Positions 60,660-64,000 of a stretch of DNA of 64,000 nucleotides are shown piece after piece (position 1 is the first letter of the stretch; the number at the start of each line of letters is the position of its first letter). The stretch is from Eledone cirrhosa (lineage: Eukaryota). The position numbers were made by a program, and so were the translations under genes. Location: contig OZ024741.1 of the NCBI GenBank assembly GCA_964016885.1, positions 310,930,001-310,994,000 of the forward strand, in the 5' to 3' direction. The notes beneath the pieces are model-generated. The model worked only from the letters and a program-made list of their open reading frames with translations. It had not been told where the DNA came from and did no database searches.

Positions 60660-63415
60660 TCAAACCTATGTTCAAAGCATTTATTCACTTACAATTGTTT
60701 CATCCAAACCTAGGCTTGGCGTCTTCGGAGCATTTTTAAATGTTTGTACACATAATTGACCTCCTGGTAATAAGGTAGTAATAAATAACTGACCTTCACT
60801 GTTTAGCGTTTAAAATATACATAACTATAAAAAGTTTTAGTATAATACATAACTTTGATAGCTTTAATAGGTTTCGGCCAGTATTTGGATACCATAGCCC
60901 TCTCAAGTAGAGAGTTATTCTTTGCGGAGAAATTTCCAGGTGTAGGGGGTTTATCCGGGATTTCTTGAAGGAATTTGTCCAAAGACTTCCTGAAATTTAT
61001 GGGGGTCTGTTTCCATTTTAATGTGTTTTGGTGTAATGTTAATGAGATATGCAATTGATGTGAAATAATTGTGCCGCATTGTTGTTATGATATACGAGTT
61101 TGATTTTTGTTGTGGGCAGATAGCAGGGAGCCTTCGGTGTACCTTAAAGGTGATGTAAACATCATTTGGGCAATGCTGATGGAATATTTTCCATATCATG
61201 CACTTGATGTAGCGTTCACTGTGACATTGGAGAGAATAAAGTTTGAGTTTTTCTAGTCGACCCCAATAGTCAAGGCCTGACATGCCATCTATCTTTTTGT
61301 GATTGACCTTTGAGGTGCTTCAACTTTCATGTTACTTTATTTCGTGTGGGGAGACCACAGTGGACAACGGTATTCAAGGTGGGGTCGGGCAAAATTGGAG
61401 AAGAGAAGGATAATGGTGTGGATATCTCTCGACTGGAAAGCTCTGAGAATCCAGAAACACATTCTGCGAGCCATGTCGACTTTGCTGTTTATATGTGTGG
61501 CCCAGCTTATGTTGTTGTCTACAATTACTCCTTACACTTTGATGTTGTTGGATGCCACGATAGTTTCACCTGAAGGAATGGAGTATGGGAGTTTCAGTGC
61601 ATCCTCTTTTCCATAGTCGATTAACTGAAATATATTACCATTCTGCAGCATATTGTACTTTTCCGCCCATTGGATAACAGCTAGTAAATCTGATTGAAGG
61701 CAGGTCAGGTTACCCACTCCATTGATGACCTTCTGTAGCTTGGAATCATCTGAAAAGGTTTTTATGTTACTGTGCTTGATGATGTCAGTAATGTCATTTG
61801 TATAAATGATGAAAAGAAGTGGGCCCAACACAATCCCTTGTGGAACGTCACTACTGACTTTGGCTGGGCTTGAATTTTCTCCTTTGACTACAACATGTTG
61901 GGCTCTGTCCGTCAGGAAATATATGATCCATTGCAGTAACGTTCCAGAGACTCCAATGCTGGATAGTTTTTTCAGTAGAATCTTGTGATCAACCCTGTCA
62001 AATACCTTGCTGAAATCAAGGTAGATTACATCAGTGTGCAGGAGCTGCATTAGGCAGTCTCTTCCATTATGGAAGCCATGTTGGTTGGAGTTCAGCAATC
62101 TTCTGCTTTCAAGAAGGTAAGTTATTCGTGCTCTCACTACCCTCTCAAATACATTGATGATATGAGAAATGTGTGAGATCGGATGGTAGTTCACTGCAAG
62201 GGGTTGATTCCCTTTTTGAAAACTGGGACAACAGACTGGATAGAAAGGTTTCAGAAATATAACCAGCACCCGGTGAGTTCCTTCACAGATTAACAAGAGT
62301 AAATGGAAGTTGATATCGACACACCTACAGGACACAAACAGAGAACCTATCGGGTCCTAATGCTGAATTAATGCCGCTAAGATATCAAGGGCGCCAAACG
62401 TTATGTCTCATATAATGTGTTGGGGAATAACATCACTGATAAAGCTCAGATCGGCCATATCAGGATTGCTGTAAACAGATCAGTATTGTTTCTGCAGTAT
62501 CTCCCCCATGTTTTTGGCATTGTCTTGGACGTGCCGTTTTCATTAATAAGAGGGCTAACATTGGAGACAGTGATCTTGTGTTTTTTCGCAAATGAAAATA
62601 ACAGCTTGGGGTTGAGTTTGAGTTTCTCAATGGCCCGTTTGCCTTCAGCTGTTCTTTGGTTTTGATGATGGTCTTCATACATTGTTTAAACCGAGCAGTG
62701 CGGTAGCCGTCGAATGTGTGTGTTGTTGTTGGCAGTACTTTAGTGTGTTAATTTTTGTTTGTTCTTTTTATTTTTCTGATAATAGTTTTTCTGTTTGGAG
62801 GGATTATGTACTTAGTTTTGTTCACAGGTCTTGGCGGAGTGTGATTTGCACATATATTTGTGACACTGTCTACAAAGATCTGCCAAGCTGCTCTGATGTT
62901 GGTGGAGATTAGTGTGTTTGTAAAAGTCCAGTCAACATGAGATAGCTCATTTATGATTGCATCCCAATTGGCATTATAGAAATACATGTTATCAAATGGG
63001 TGAGCTGGAGAGAGGTCACTAGTATTATCTTTCGTCTGAAATAATGGTTTTTCTACTGTAATATTATGTATAGTGTTAGCGTGGTTATAAACACTTGGTC
63101 TTCTGATATCTTGTTGGTGCAAGAACAAGTTGGGACAAGAAAATCTCATTAATAAAGTCGAGAATTTACTCTACTGCTTCTTTGTCAGTGGTAGAGGTGG
63201 GAGTGCCTGGTTTCAAACTGTTTGTAGACCAATCAACACAGGGTAGATTAAAGTCTCCCATCATAAGTATATTACCAGAATGGCACTGTTGAGCAAAGCA
63301 ATTAATACTGTTGAGTCATTCTTTCAAGCGCAGTATGGTAGTCTGGAGTGGCCTATAGAGCCCAACTACTATCAGGTCATTGGCATTGTTGCGCACCGTG
63401 ACTGATGCACAATAT
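60660..63415 (-). mobile_element. CR1-group (CR1/Crack/L2-like) LINE, disrupted
   Basis: APE GLYRP and MGDFNLP; RT QHGF, YLDFSKVFDRVDH, VPQG.VLGPLLFIIY.ND, FSDD; C-terminal L.KLKLYSL...ERY. Confidence 0.85.
60684..60732 (-). ncRNA. Hammerhead-like motif, one core substitution
   Basis: GCT-CCGAAGA-CGCCAAGCC(TA)GGTTTGGAT-GAAA-CAATTG-TA-AGTG-AATAAA. Confidence 0.55.
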
Positions 63416-63428
63416 ATCATATATATAT

Positions 63429-63491
<63 letters not shown>

Positions 63492-63654
63492 CGAAGGAAA
63501 TGTGGTAAGGAACCAGGTGGACCATAACGCACCAAAGTACTCAATACTTAGGGTAGTAGAGTGGGTAATAGGAACGAGTAGGACCCCGACGGCTGAGCTC
63601 AAGCCGTTTCGACCGCTAATTCTGGACTAAAATCCGTACACACGCATATATATG

Positions 63655-64000
63655 CATATGGCTGCCGTCATCGAGATATATCACCCCTGGAATCTCTTGA
63701 ATGTTCTTCTGGTCCGCTTGGATCAGGAGCTCCATTCCAGATCCGGACCAGTTCTCCTGTTTTACTCTAATCACTTCTATCACCTTTGTGTCGGCCTCGA
63801 TGTCGGCGAGGATTGTAAGCATCAGCCAGGAAATTTCAATGACCGGCGAAATCTGGGTCACCCTTACTCTTACGAGCCTTTATCCACAGTAGCTTGGGAC
63901 GAGTTTGAACTCGTCATTCTTTGGTGGGGCCATGGTGTGCTCTCTGGCTTCCTGTGGGGTTCCAAAAAACACGTCCACGCTGCCATATCTTTGTCCAAGT
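63655..64000 (-). mobile_element. Tx1 ORF1 fragment, continues past the window
   Basis: ISPVIEISWLMLTILADIEADTKVIEVIRVKQENW, near-identical to fragment D. Confidence 0.85.

Overview
Eukaryotic, AT-rich, microsatellite-saturated DNA. The SINE family and repeat landscape look cephalopod (Octopus-like), which is an inference. The left end holds three minus-strand coding exons of a secreted or membrane multi-EGF gene: a signal-peptide exon at 11055-11118 and two tandem EGF exons at 4769-4903 and 2977-3108. Everything upstream of the gene (about 11.8-64 kb) is a dense retroelement cluster. It contains about 11 Tx1/L1-clade LINE copies or fragments, including a head-to-tail array inside (TATC)n with one intact 1145-aa ORF2. 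It also holds two R4/Dong-clade REL-endonuclease LINEs ending in (TAA)n, CRE-like, RTE-like and CR1-group fragments, Neptune-type Penelope-like elements and tRNA-derived SINEs; a DD37D-type Tc1/mariner relic lies in the gene's intron. Not shown in the ORF track: about 10 type-I hammerhead ribozyme motifs, including a circularly permuted ~315-nt retrozyme-like unit, two with a ~100-120-nt stem II and one at a CR1-group LINE 3' end. Also not shown: a covarying Tx1 5'UTR hairpin, splice-site-like motifs bracketing Tx1 ORF2, a SINE tail resembling the Tx1 tail, and a Tx1 insertion with a 110-bp TSD and telomere-like junction filler. All alignments and folds were done by eye and element boundaries are approximate.
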